Positions 12,702 to 24,743 of a stretch of 64,000 bases of DNA are shown piece by piece. Source of the stretch: Camelus ferus (Eukaryota); contig NC_045696.1 of assembly GCF_009834535.1 (NCBI RefSeq), positions 24,802,001 through 24,866,000 of the forward strand. Reading direction: 5' to 3'. The first letter of the stretch is position 1; each line of letters opens with the position of its first letter. The position numbers were made by a program, and so were the translations under genes. Under the pieces are notes generated by a model. That model was not told the origin of the DNA. It searched no databases and saw only the letters and a list, made by a program, of their open reading frames with translations.

Positions 12702-13049
12702 AAAACTTGCAGCTGTATTTTAATTGTCGAGAGTATAAATATTGGTATAGTGAACCAGAATGTGTCATTCATGAAAAAAAAAATGAGAAAATTAATTCTG
12801 ACTAATGAATTAAATCCTGATTTAATTGAAATCCATTTAAATTGAATTACATATATCCTGAGTGTCATGCTATTTAAATGGAAGATAATAACTTGGCATT
12901 TTATAAAGAAAGTTGATTTGCATGAAACATTTAAATAAGAAAAAAGGACAAACTTACCTTAAATGAATGGATCAAATTACACAGTAAAGTTTCAATAATT
13001 TAGGCATGTGTTCACAAAATTTAAATGTGTTAAATAAATAATGATAATT

Positions 13050-13275
13050 AATATTATTAGCATTTATTTAGTACTTCCCACATGCCAGGCATGTTTGTAA
13101 GTGTTTCCTTCATACTCATGTTAGTTCAGAGTAAACCTATGAGGAAGAAGTTAAAATGATCCTTATTTTATAGCTGAGGAAACAGAAGCACAGAAAGTCT
13201 AAAAACCTTGTTCCAAATTATACAAAGTGAGTGTTTGAACACAGGTTGTTCTCCAGAGCCTGTGTTTTCAACTAT
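13050..13275 (-). mobile_element. MIR SINE remnant
   Basis: ATTTTATAGCTGAGGAAACAGAAGCACAGAAAG core. Confidence 0.65.
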
Positions 13276-13899
13276 TTTCTCCGAAAATAATTAAATCCCT
13301 TATATAGTTTAACTTTCTTCAACTTTGCTTAGCAATTGTTTTTTGACTATCTTATCAATTTGTAAATTTCAGTTGAAATCCTTTACAATATGTTGACTGT
13401 TTCAGCTGATGAGGGATTCCTATAAAAAATCAAACAAAGCTTAGTAAGTGTTCTTGTACAGCATTAAATGCTAACCTGAGAACAAATCAGTGTGCATAGT
13501 ATGGATTAAAAATTGAGCACACCTTTCAAATAGGACTTTCAATTAAAAGTATGACATATGACTATAAAGTATCGCCCTTAACAACTTTCTGATTTAATTT
13601 CAAGGGTATTTTATGATTCCATGAAAACTATCATCAGTAAAGTTCTATAAAAGCTGTAAGATAGTGGTTTGAATTTTATTCTTTCTACACCAAAAGTGAA
13701 AACATGCAATTATATTGAGCTCCTATATAGAAGCAGTGGGCAGTCCAGAGCTATCATTAACAGTTACAAATTCAGCGTTTACCTTTCTAAGGTGAGGATG
13801 GCTGGCCAGGAGCAAATAAACCATCAGCCAATAGGAGCCCCCCAAGTCAATGATATATATTGCTTGAGCACCATCTGCTGGACGTTTTAAATAACAATC

Positions 13900-14190
13900 A
13901 ATTTGGGAACACTGAGATACCAGAGCAACACCTGAATTCCAGATATAATTTCCTTTATGCCCCTTATGTAGTAGCAACCCATTTCCTCTAGTTACTTGGA
14001 ATTAATCACTCAGGCAGGAATTCACCTCCTTCTTTGTCTATTGATTTATTGGCATGAGGAGCTCCAAGTGGCCAGGTGACAGGCTCAGCTACCAGGTTAA
14101 TGGAACCATACCACTGGGTCCTCTGATGGAAGAACTCCTCTGTTGCTAATCAGGGTTGCTAAACTGGGAGAACCACAAATCCTGAGGTCC
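13900..14190 (-). mobile_element. ERVL/MaLR internal-region fragment
   Basis: TTGGCATGAGGAGCTCCAAGTGGCCAGGTGACAG...AATGGAACCAT resembles the recalled ERVL/MLT-int 3' region. Confidence 0.55.
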
Positions 14191-14194
14191 CTAA

Positions 14195-14335
14195 GGTCTC
14201 TGACATAACTACCCAACTCTGCCAGTGTGAAAGCAGCCATGCACAATGGTGTGGCTGCTTTATTACAATAAATGTGTATTTAACAAATAAGCTGCAGGCT
14301 GAATGTGGCTAGTGGCTCATAGTTCCCCCCCCCCC
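14195..14335. mobile_element. MER58A-like hAT MITE fragment
   Basis: CAACTCTGCC...GTGAAAGCAGCCAT...GTGTGGCTG motif shared with the MER58 copy at 57.4 kb. Confidence 0.55.
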
Positions 14336-14828
14336 GATACATATATATATATATATAATACATCTATCCATGATTATTTTTAGCAGATCAATGCAGACAG
14401 GGTCAAAGATAGAGATGATAGAGAGATACATTTCTAGTAATTAGGAGAATCTACTAATGCTGCTGAGATGGTTTTATTGGCCACTGAGAGCCAATAACCC
14501 TTAAAAGCCCTATTCTAGTTATTTTCTTGATAATTGTGGTGTGTGTACATGTCTGTGTATTTATGTGTGTGTATTAATCTGAAATCTTCTGTGATAACTA
14601 AACTCTTCCTGCTACTTAAGATTGTAAGAGTGATTCAAATTCCAAATCCATGTCTTATGAAATACTCAAGGGGCTCCCCAAGATTTCTGGGAATGCCCGG
14701 CAGAGTCATAGACATAGTCATCTTTATCTTCAAACTCCTGCTTCCACTAAATTAGTACAAATAATGTACTGTCACTGCTCCACACCTTATTAACTCAAAC
14801 AGTGAACTCAGAGTTTTCCTTATTTTCA

Positions 14829-14889
14829 ACACACACACACACACACAACACTCACACGCACACACACGCACACATGCACACACACACAC
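14829..14889. repeat. Imperfect (CA)n microsatellite
   Basis: Direct reading. Confidence 0.9.
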
Positions 14890-17800
14890 TGTACAGCAGT
14901 CTTTTGCTGGCATAGTGGACTTTACTGATATTCCGGACAGATGTAGGCTGATTTTGCTGCGAAGTAAATGATTTGAAATTAAATATTAAACACTATCTTA
15001 GGGCATTTTCCAACCAACAAAGGGTCTAGTCTCATACTGTTGTTTGTGATCAGTTGTCTTTTCTCTTGAATCTCTTTGCCTTTTTCTCAGTTTCTCTCTG
15101 CTCCCTGCTACACCATCCTATTCTTTTCTATGCAGTTCTGACATGTTTTGTTTCCAATTTCCTGCTAACTATTGCCCTCTAGTGATCTCTCAAGGTAATT
15201 TTCTAAACAAAACCTTGTTAAAAGAACTCAGGCGTATTAGCTGTTCAGATCAACATAGTTTTAAACATTTCACTTGCAATAGACTAATCCAGTGTCCAGC
15301 ACAATTTTTATAACAACTTAACTTCATAATTTATTTAAGTTATTGAGGAATAATTAGGAAGATATGAAGTATTTTTCCACATATTTTGCAAAAAATCATA
15401 GCTATTCTGAAAATAAATGGTCTGTCAATAAACAATATCAAATAAAGATATCTTCCAGCAGGGCGATTCACTTGGCCCCATTTCAGAGTAATTCATCTTA
15501 TTTTGTGTAACAGAAGAAATAGTAAAAACGAGAAGGTTTAAAGGAAACATACTGAGGTTCTTGTTGGTTTTGTTTTCTTCAATGATGCTAGCGACTGGCT
15601 TTTACTACCCATCTGTAAAATTTTGTGGACCAAAATAATATGTTTTATTCTCAGTGATCAGATCTCAACCAAATACTTATACAGACACTTGTGTGATTAT
15701 AAATACCTTTTGAATAAAAGCTGTCCATTGTCACGTTGTACCTTGTCCTTTGATAACAACTCAGGAGGGTTCCCTGCTGAGAGGGAACCAAGGGACAACC
15801 CCTTATTTCTTGGGGCAGAGCAATAACCTTGACTTTTCTCCCCCTGGTCGCCAAAATAATCAACGATGTCAAGTATCTGCAGTGAAGGCACATTATAGGT
15901 GCTTCTGAACAAGAGATCAATATTCAGGAGTGAGCTCAGAGATGAAATAGGAACTCAGGTATAATTCACAGATTCACAAAGATCACAGAAGATATTTTTG
16001 ACAAAGATAATAGTGAGAGAGGAGCAAAGGGTCGAGACTTATTGATCTGTCTTAGGATATTCTGAGTGCCCTTGACCCTGGACCTTTTACTAGAAGCTCA
16101 ATGTCTAAGACTTCTTGAGTTAAGAGTGTCAGAGTGATGTGTGATTTTGCTTAATATATAGTTGACTACTTGTTATGCTCTACTGGATTTGATAATTCAG
16201 ATCAAAAAAAATATCCAATGGATTAATTATTATTAAAATTATTAACTGGATTAATTAAACCCTGTCTTTAAGGTTAATTACAAAACTCTCAAGGAAGTGC
16301 CAGTGGTTGGAACTCTAGATTAGGAGGGAGTCTTACACTCAAATAGCTTTTTGTTGGCCCTTTGTTTTAGGACCAGAATGATTTCCGTAACCTTCCTTTG
16401 ACATCTGCTGGGAGGATCAATGATTCTGTATAATGATTCTATTTCATGATTGCCATCTCTCTTCTCAGAAAGCTGTATGATTATAGTATTACAACTCTTA
16501 GACACATGTAAGATGTAATTTTTCTCTTTTTCATTTGTCATTGCAAGAATGAATTTTGTGAGTGATTTTAGATACTGTTATATCCATGATAACAAAGGAG
16601 ATGATGAATCAAAACACTAGTATTTTCTTTGCATAGAGAAAACTGCAGAATAAAGTAAGGTGATCGGTTAACCCTTGAATGATCCATTCATGTCCCTGCA
16701 TCACCACTGCACTCTGGGATAGACAGATAGTTGCCTTAGATTATGCTGGAAAGAACTTAAGTATACTGTTCCTGCTGTGTCACATTGTAACAATTCATTC
16801 CTTACAAATCTGACTACACTACTTAGATAATGGGTAAACAATTTGAGGAAATGAAATATATTTCCTTTCTCCTCATTATATTTTTTAGGGTAAAAAAATA
16901 TTAAAATTCATCCTTGCACAGATAACTTGCTTTGGAGAATTACATCAATTAACTGTCTCAGTGGATAAACGCAGGTTTAGAAATAAGGAAAACTGAACAT
17001 TGTTATAGTGTATCCTTGTATTAATATTAAAAGCTATTAAACTGTACTGCTGTGTTTAGTGTTTTCTCATTGTTGTGCAACAGAACTTTGCTTTTGCTTT
17101 TAAGAACTGAGGAAAAATCAATTTCCATGCACCCTCTCATGATTACAAACAGAATTCTTAAATTAAATGTGTCATATTAGTTTTGTTTTGTTTTCGTTTT
17201 TGTTTTTTGCTGTCCAGAGGGAAAATAATACATACTAAACATTTATAAGATGTCTGGGAGACTCTTAGGCACTTTGTCTTTAATTTGTGGAAAGGGTCAT
17301 TGTTTCCCATTTTGTGTATGAATAAGCTAAGAATAGAAATGGTACAAAGTTTTATTGGTGCATGTTTCTATATTTGATTTGGATTGGATATAGATTTCGG
17401 ATATTCAAATTCTTGAAGAAATGTTAAAGGATCTATTACCTAGGGAATTTAGGACAACTAGCATATGGTAATTTCTGAAAATGTCCTAAGTAATGATATA
17501 AATCAATTTAAATGTCCATGTTCCTGCAATAAAGTAATTTTTCATTGTTCCCTGACTTCAGCATTCAGTATTAGCAAACAAAGATCTCTCAGATGAATGG
17601 TAAGAAGAATCAGTAACCAGTCCACTTGATTCAGAGGTGCTATATGTCTCCCTCAGAAGCTATGGTGAAGGAACATACGAACTTGCTTTCATGATATGAC
17701 TGCCATTAAGAGAAGTTATCAGGGCTAATGTGATTTTTGTAAGATGTTTACTCTTTCTGTTTAAATTGACTGGACCCCTAGCATGTATTTAAATGCTTTT

Positions 17801-20800
17801 CTTAATAAAAGATAAAGCAAGAGACAGAAAGTATCAGCAGTTTAAATTTTCTTTCAGGATCATTTGAAAACAAAATCAATCTTCTATGCAGTATTTTTCC
17901 CCACCTGCTTGCTTTGTTTTCCTTTTTACATCTAATGAATAAATAGCATCTAGTTAATGATTTCTTGTCTTTTGAGAAAATGGCCGTAATTAATTTGCCT
18001 CACTCAGCTTCTGTCTCAGATAACCAATTCTAAAAACAGAAGAAAATAAAAACTCGCAAAAGGCATGGTAGTGAACTTAACTGAATCTGGGAACATTTTC
18101 TGCAGACTTTCCGGGTGACAGAAGTGAAAAGCCCGTTAGCTCAGTGGTGGGAAACTGCTCTCTGTTGTCTCTCCATCCTCTGACACTTCTTCCTGTTTCA
18201 GAACTCAAAGATTTTTATCAAATAAAGAAATTAACAGCCATTCTTCTTCTTCCTAGATGCTACTTTGTCACCATCTACTTCCCAACTCAACTTTTTCTAC
18301 ATCTAATTAGAAGCCAACATTTCTATAATACCACTGGGGCAGAGGCAAGGGCTGCCTCCAAACAAGACTGGTGGTGGCAGCTTACTGTCTTCTGCAAGAT
18401 GTAAGACACACAAGTAAAGCACTGGAATAAAGGTGGGGTCAGGAAGACTTCCAGTCATGGAGCACACTGAGAATTCTACGGGTCCGTGTGCACTATTCGT
18501 TCAGAATGTTAAAAACCCAGGTGGTGAAGGTAGAAGAGGCTCATCTCCTTCCTGCAGGACGCAATAGAGAAAGCCTTCTAAGTAATGAAAGAGCTTATGA
18601 ACTTGGCACGCGCTCCTGAAACAGAGTTCTGGATAAAGTCTCAATGAAAGGATGGGCCTTGCACCCAAGTTGGCTCCCAATGGACATGAACTCATTCCTC
18701 AGTCCATGTAATTTGGTAATCATTGTGCCTCAGGAGAGTTTCCTTTACTTAGGAATGAGGACATTTTTAAAAGAGGGAAATTAAAGTATACGATAAAGCA
18801 ACAAAAAAGAAGTCTTCCATGGAATTTCATAGAAAGTGGAGACTCCAAAAATTATTTACTTTAAGAAATGTAATGATGAGTATGTCAATCTCTTCAGGAC
18901 ACAAGGTGTTTCCACATTCAGTAAACATGGCAGAAGACTGCAAAGAAAGAGCAGGTTGGCTTGAAGGTGAATAAGGCATGATAAAAAGGAGATGAGTGGG
19001 GAAAAGAGGACTTTATGTCTCCATAAATGCAAAAAAAGCCAGATTGGAAGAAGAGTGAGGCATATTCCAGGTAAAATCAATGAGAATAAATTCACACCTT
19101 TAAACATCCTGTAAATGAAATTAACACTTTGAATATACCTTAAAATTAAAAAAAAAAAAAAAACAGGATGGTAAAGAGAAAAATCCTAGGAGTATCAAGG
19201 CAGAATAATTAAGTTGGTTACAAAGAATAAGAGAATATTCATGCCAGCCTCAGAGTTCATCTTGGGAGCTTTCTTTTTTTCCTTTTCATACATTCATTGG
19301 CAATTTGCTTTTCTTTTCTTTTCTTTTCTTTTTCTTTTTTTTTTTTTTTTTTTTTTTTTGTGAATCACTGGTTAATATTATTTGCTATGTTTAAAACTAA
19401 AAGATTTTAGTTTCATAACAGATTCATAAATGTTGGCTCTTATTTTAAAACTCAACATAGGAATATAAAGGAAAAAAATAAAGTCTCTTGTATCTCTCTG
19501 TCTTCATCATAACTCCGAGCAAAGCTAGCCACTTTCAACTAATGTAGCAGAAGCACTAAAAGAGCTTATCCTTCTGATCTGTTAACTCCTGAAAAGGTAC
19601 ATCATTAAATAAAGTCAGAGATGCCTAACACAGTATTATCTATGATAGTGAAAAACTTTTCAAATACTTAACAATAGAGTAAACATAATATTTTGAATTG
19701 TGAGTTTCTCTAGTCTGCATTGGTTCAGGGTTTAAAATGTGATCATATGAGATCTAATCTCTATCTTGTTCTGAACTAGCTGTTAATGGAAAGACAAGAG
19801 TTGATCTGTGAAGAGCAGAATTCTTGAACTTGAAATATGGAGTAGTTACATTTTTTGGTAATGAGTCAAGATCCAAGATATGATCACAGGAGTGAGTGTA
19901 TGAAGTAGGACAGGTGTTGGGCTCCTTAGAGAAGAGTTCAGGAAACTAAGGGACCAGGGCTTTGGAAAGATCAGCTAGGTGTAGGTCAAAATCACGAATT
20001 TTGTCAGGAACAGCACTCAGGAGACTGACAGTGAGCCAAGAGGGAAGTTCAAGAAGTGAGAGAGAGCGCTGTAAGTGATGCCGTGAGGAGGCATGGCTGG
20101 TGACATACTGCAACTGAGAGAAGTAAGGAGAATGCTCTTGAAGTGGCAATGCTGAGCAATGAGACAACTCCTCCTCCAGGCTGAGCAGTGTGAGGCGGGT
20201 GCCTCCACTTGAGAGGGCTCAAGGGAGCCAGAGTCCTCAGGGGAGAATCTAGTTTCAGTCAGAGCAGGTAGGTAAGGGAACCAGTTAGGGGTACAGGGGA
20301 TTTTTCTGTTGAATGACTATGAGTTCTACAAGCACAGCAGGAGGGTCCAGGAATTGGGGGGGGGGGTGAAACATGGATAAGAGGAGAGATGTTCATATAC
20401 CTTATGGTCCCTATGGCCTGGGGGAGGGTGGGATGACCTGATGTGCTTTTTGTAGCAACTGAGGTAAATCCAGAAGAATACTATGATAAGATTGATCTAG
20501 ATGGGATCAAGGGAAATAGTGATGAAGATACTGTGAGTACCAGGCTGAAGGCAGGGGGAGACAGAGTGATGAGGCTCTCGCCAGAACATCACAGAGATAG
20601 GGAGCCCCTCAGCTACTCCCATTGACAAGGCCAGAGGAGGGGGCGTCTTGTCAGTACACAGCTGTCCCTTTGGATGGAACCCCAAAATAGTCCAGCCTAC
20701 TGAGGAATTCCAATCTCTGATTTAACCACAAAACATCTATAGATTCCAGATAAGATACCTTATATTCTATACTTTCTTATACCTAGATTCTTCTTAATAG

Positions 20801-21726
20801 TTTCAGGGAATACTGGGGGGACTAAGGACTCTCAGATGTTTGGAGTTAGAAAGCCTGAAAATGTCAGGGTGGGGTCTGCATGACAGTCACTGAGTACACA
20901 GGGTGGATTTAGAAAGAAGATGGGAAGAAACTATTTCATCTCCCTGAATGAAATGGAAAGAAATGAAAGGTGTGGAGTGAGGTAAACAGTGCTTTCATAA
21001 TCTTACTTGACCCAAGAGGATTAAACTGGGTTTGAAACTTTCTGGGTTATGTGGCTTTGTGGTAGCTGGAGTTTAGGTATGACTGAGGACATCCAAGAGA
21101 GAGTTACACTGATGGCCAGCTCAGATAGGAAACCAAAAGACAAAAATAAGCAGAAGATGAAAACTGTTTGAATAATTTTAATGAAAGTTATTTCCCAAGA
21201 CTTTTTAAAGACCAGATTTTAAACATATCTGTTTATGGATATAGCATATGATTAAATTGGATTTTTTATGATTAAAATTAAATGAACAGTAAAAATTATA
21301 TAGATCAACTCTCACGATTAAAGCTCTGTAATTTTACTCACTCTCTAACCAGAAGGAGGGAGAGGTGCCATGTAGATCTAAACTTCCCAGTTAACAGATA
21401 TATTGCAAAAAGATTAAAGGCAGGTTGACTTGCAGAAATGCATTTAAATTGTTCAGTGAGCATATGGAAAGTTATTTGCGTTGGTTAATAGAACATGACC
21501 AAAAAAAAAAAGTTCTTTCCTTTCCATCTCACTGGTATTTTAAAGCAAATAAAACCAATCTGATTGCATTAAAATTCTGAAAGTTGGGTTTGGCAGGAAT
21601 ACTTTAGAGAGGAATGAGAAAACATCCCCCTACATCTCTGCCTGAATTCCGAAGATGTAAGAAGACAAAGGAGTGGTATGTGGAGGCCACAGCTCCAATT
21701 TTTATCAATAAAGCTTGAGGGGAAGA

Positions 21727-22151
21727 TGTTGTGGCCTATTTGATCCAAATGGTCCCCAACTGTTGGACGCTGTGAGCTGGCCTTGAGATGAGTTAAGGCC
21801 GTGGGACCCAAGGCCGCGACCAGAGCATGTTTGTAGTATGCAGTAAATAATTGCTATACACATGCATCAATTATATAAGATTTAGAACAAAGAAAATAGA
21901 AGTACACATGTGCTAGAGATATTCTGTAAGCCTAATGAACAAAGAAACTCAGATTGTGCATGTGCTGGCAGAGAACGATAAAAAGCAGGACAGGTGCTTT
22001 ATAGGTGCACACCTCCCTGTGGCAATAAAGTGTTGTTAACCCCATGGTGTCTCCGGCTGAAGTCTGTCCGGCGGTATGGCAACTCCTCGTGCATTTTTTT
22101 GTTTGGGCCACTCACCTCCTAGAACCCCATGTCAGCCTCCCTCGCCTGACA
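21727..22151 (+). repeat. LTR of the ERV-S-like provirus
   Basis: TGTTG...GACA termini. TATA-like GATAAAAA near 21977. AATAAA 22024-22029. Ends 2 nt before the PBS. Confidence 0.8.
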
Positions 22152-22153
22152 CT

Positions 22154-22171
22154 TGGCGCTGTGAGCAGGAT
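22154..22171 (+). promoter_or_regulatory. Primer binding site for tRNA-Ser(CGA)
   Basis: TGGCGCTGTGAGCAGGAT is the exact complement of the recalled mammalian tRNA-Ser(CGA) 3' end ATCCTGCTCACAGCG-CCA. A donor-like GAG|GTGAGT follows at 22175. Confidence 0.88.
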
Positions 22172-22219
22172 GAGGTGAGTGCCCCCTCTGAACCCCCTGC
22201 CCCTGACAGGGATGCTCTG

Positions 22220-23283
22220 ATGGAAGCAAAGTGGCCCCCTTCCTCTGTATGGTACCCAGTGGCAGCCTATTTGCTGATGTGGGCTCAACCTGAGGATTGG
22301 GACACAGTGGCACCCCAGCCAGATGATGTCTGGAGGGTGTTGGAGCTGTTAGAAAATAATGTCCCATTAGCCTACCGAGAGGCAGCCAGGAGGGTGACCT
22401 GGATGTTCTTATCTGTTTTACGGCCCGCTAGCTGAGACATGAGAGATTTACAGATGCAAGTGGAGGAGTTGCATTGCAGAGAACAGGAGCTTAAGCAGAG
22501 ACCCAGCACAGCAGAAAGGTGTCTGCATGGTCCTAGCTCCACCGCCTCTGAGAGCAGCCATGCCTGTGTAGCTCCAGTCCCACCATCTCTGAGAGCGGTA
22601 AGCCCAACCCCTCCCCCCATTCCACTGCGTCTATGGCCTGTGGTGAGGCAGCGGATGGAAATGGAGGAGCCCATGGCTCAGGGGGAAACTCCCGCGGGGC
22701 CACAGCGAGTGACACATGTGTAAATGGACCACATATTTGGACTTAATGCAAGTTGTCTGAGAAATGGGAGCGCCAGATGATGTTTGCTTTGCATTTCCAT
22801 AGTCCAGATGATGAGCTCCTTACAGCTCAAATGAAAGATTTGATTTTGGCTAACGGCCCAACAGGAATGTTTGGGACTACGGTGGCACTACTAGCACTGT
22901 TTGTAGACCTCCCCATACATGAAGTGACTGAGGCTCTAGCTTGTCTGAGGGACATAGAGGTGGGCCGAAAGGGGGTACATGCTGCCAAGACTCAAGGTGA
23001 GTCCAAGACCCTCTCCTCCCGTGCAGTGACTCAGAAAGGGAAGTTCACACAGAGGAGTGAAAAGGGGAATGCTCCAATTCTGGGAGGGCCCCAAAAGCTA
23101 GATTGCCGACAGATATGATGTGATTTACTGGCAGCTGGCTTGGACTGTGTAAAATTGGATGGCCAGCCATTGGAGGTGCTGATGGCCTTATGGAAGAAAT
23201 TACGGCCTGAGCAACAATATACTCCATTGCCAACCTCCCATCAGGCCCAAGAGGTGGCCTTTGCTGATTTGCTCCTGGACTAG
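22220..23283 (+). pseudogene. gag: ERV-S-like gag, disrupted
   Basis: MEAKWPPSSVWYPVAAYLLMWAQPEDW, a proline-rich linker, then PDDELLTAQMKDLIL...IHEVTEALA. Internal stops, frameshifts and a deletion near 22719. Ends ...ADLLLD-TAG at 23281-23283. Confidence 0.8.
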
Positions 23284-23690
23284 GAGGAAGGCCAAGGTGT
23301 TCGGGACATGGGGCACCCCAATGACTTGAGGCCACATGTTGAACTGACTATCCACTGGTCCCCCATGAATAAATAGCGAGTATTGGCACTAATAGACACA
23401 GGAGCTGAAATTACATTGGTGCATGGAAATCCAGAGCATTTTTGGAGACCATGGGTTGATATAGAAGGATATGGAAACAAGCAAATGTGTGTTAAACAAG
23501 TGACTCTGATTTTGGGCATTGGCCATCTGCCCCCTGCTGCATATGAAGTGCATATATCCCCAGTAGCTGAATATATTCTGGGGATAAACATTTTGCAAGG
23601 ATTGCAAATACAGATGACTCAAAAGGAATTTTGCCTGAGAGTTCTCTTGGTGAAAACACTTATACAGGGCATCCTCATCATGCACCCTTG
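23284..23690 (+). pseudogene. pro: ERV aspartic protease, disrupted
   Basis: DLRPHVELTIHWSPMNK*RVLALIDTGAEITLVHG...YILGINIL. In frame with the gag stop. One premature TAG before the active site. Confidence 0.88.
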
Positions 23691-23749
23691 ATTTTGTCAC
23701 AGGCCACACAAGTGGTGAGTTTCTGGCAATATCAATTGCCGTGAGGAAA

Positions 23750-24707
23750 TAGGACAGACTATTCTGAAGCTTGAGGAAGCTGGTATAATTCGGGCTACGC
23801 ATAGCCCATATAACTCTCCAGTGTGGCCAGTGAGGAAGCCAGACGGCTCCTGGAGGATGACAGTGGACTATCGGGAACTGAACAAAGTCACGCCCCCCAT
23901 GCATGCAGCTGTGCCAAATATAACAGATTTGATGGACCTGCTGTCCCATGAACTGGGTACTTGTCACTATGTGGTTGACCTGGCTAATGCATTCTTCTCA
24001 ATTGACATAGCCCCTGAGAGCCAAGAACAGTTTGCCTTCACCTGGGAAGGCAGACAATGGACATTTGTTGTGTTGCCACAGGGATATCTGCACAGCCCCA
24101 CACTGTGCCATGGCCTGGTGGCCCAGGACCTGGCTACGTGCAGCAAACCGGATACCGTTCGCTTGTTCCATTATGCAGATGACATAATGCTAAACTCTGA
24201 TTCTCTTTCAGATTTGGAAACCACAGCACTGCAAGAAGCCCTGGCAGGCTGGGGGTGGGCTGTGAACGAGGACAAAGTGCAAGGACCTGGATGTTCTGTC
24301 AAATTCTTGGGTGTTGTCTGGTCGGGTAAGACAAAAGTGCTGCCTGAAGCAGTAATAGACAAAATCCAGGCATATTCCCGCCCTGAAACAGTTAAACAGT
24401 TACAGACTTACTTAGGTCTTCTGGGATACTGGCGGATGCTTATTCCTCCTTTGGCCCAAATAGCCAAACCCCTGTATAAACTGATTAAAAAGGGAGAAGT
24501 CTGGAATTGGTCTGAAGAGACTGAATGTGCATTTGTTGAAACTAACAGGGCGGTGGCCCAAGCGCAAGCACTGCACACTGTAGATCCAGACCTCCCTTTC
24601 TGGTCGACAGTCCATGTGGACAGTGATGGGTATGGCTGGGGCTTATGGCAGAAGCATGGGCAGCGGAAAGTGCCCATAGGATCCTGGTCTCAGTTGTGGA
24701 GAGCTGA
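23750..24707 (+). pseudogene. pol: ERV reverse transcriptase and connection region (open for about 300 codons, then truncated)
   Basis: ORF 23821-24711: [65 protein letters not shown]. Confidence 0.95.
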
Positions 24708-24743
24708 CTAATCCAGTAAGGGTAGTTCTGGTAAAATCTCTGG

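Larger units (their letters stand above)
21727..24707 (+). mobile_element. Defective class III endogenous retrovirus, ERV-S (HERV-S)-like: LTR-PBS-gag-pro-RT, truncated just after RT/connection
   Basis: LTR, 18-nt tRNA-Ser PBS, gag remnants, protease LIDTGAE, and RT motifs [20 protein letters not shown]. Translated segments closely follow recalled HERV-S proteins. No integrase, env or second LTR. Confidence 0.92.

Noticed and set aside
18130..18155. GCCCGTTAGCTCAGTGGTGGGA, a tRNA A-box-like 5' end
   Set aside because: Only about 20 nt, with no B box, cloverleaf or TSD. Cannot be told from chance.
19305..19360. (TTTTC)n plus poly-T as the tail of a processed pseudogene
   Set aside because: No canonical polyA signal, TSD or recognisable mRNA body next to it.
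23389..23967. 192-aa antisense ORF over pro-pol
   Set aside because: Shadow of the retroviral coding strand with no independent signals.
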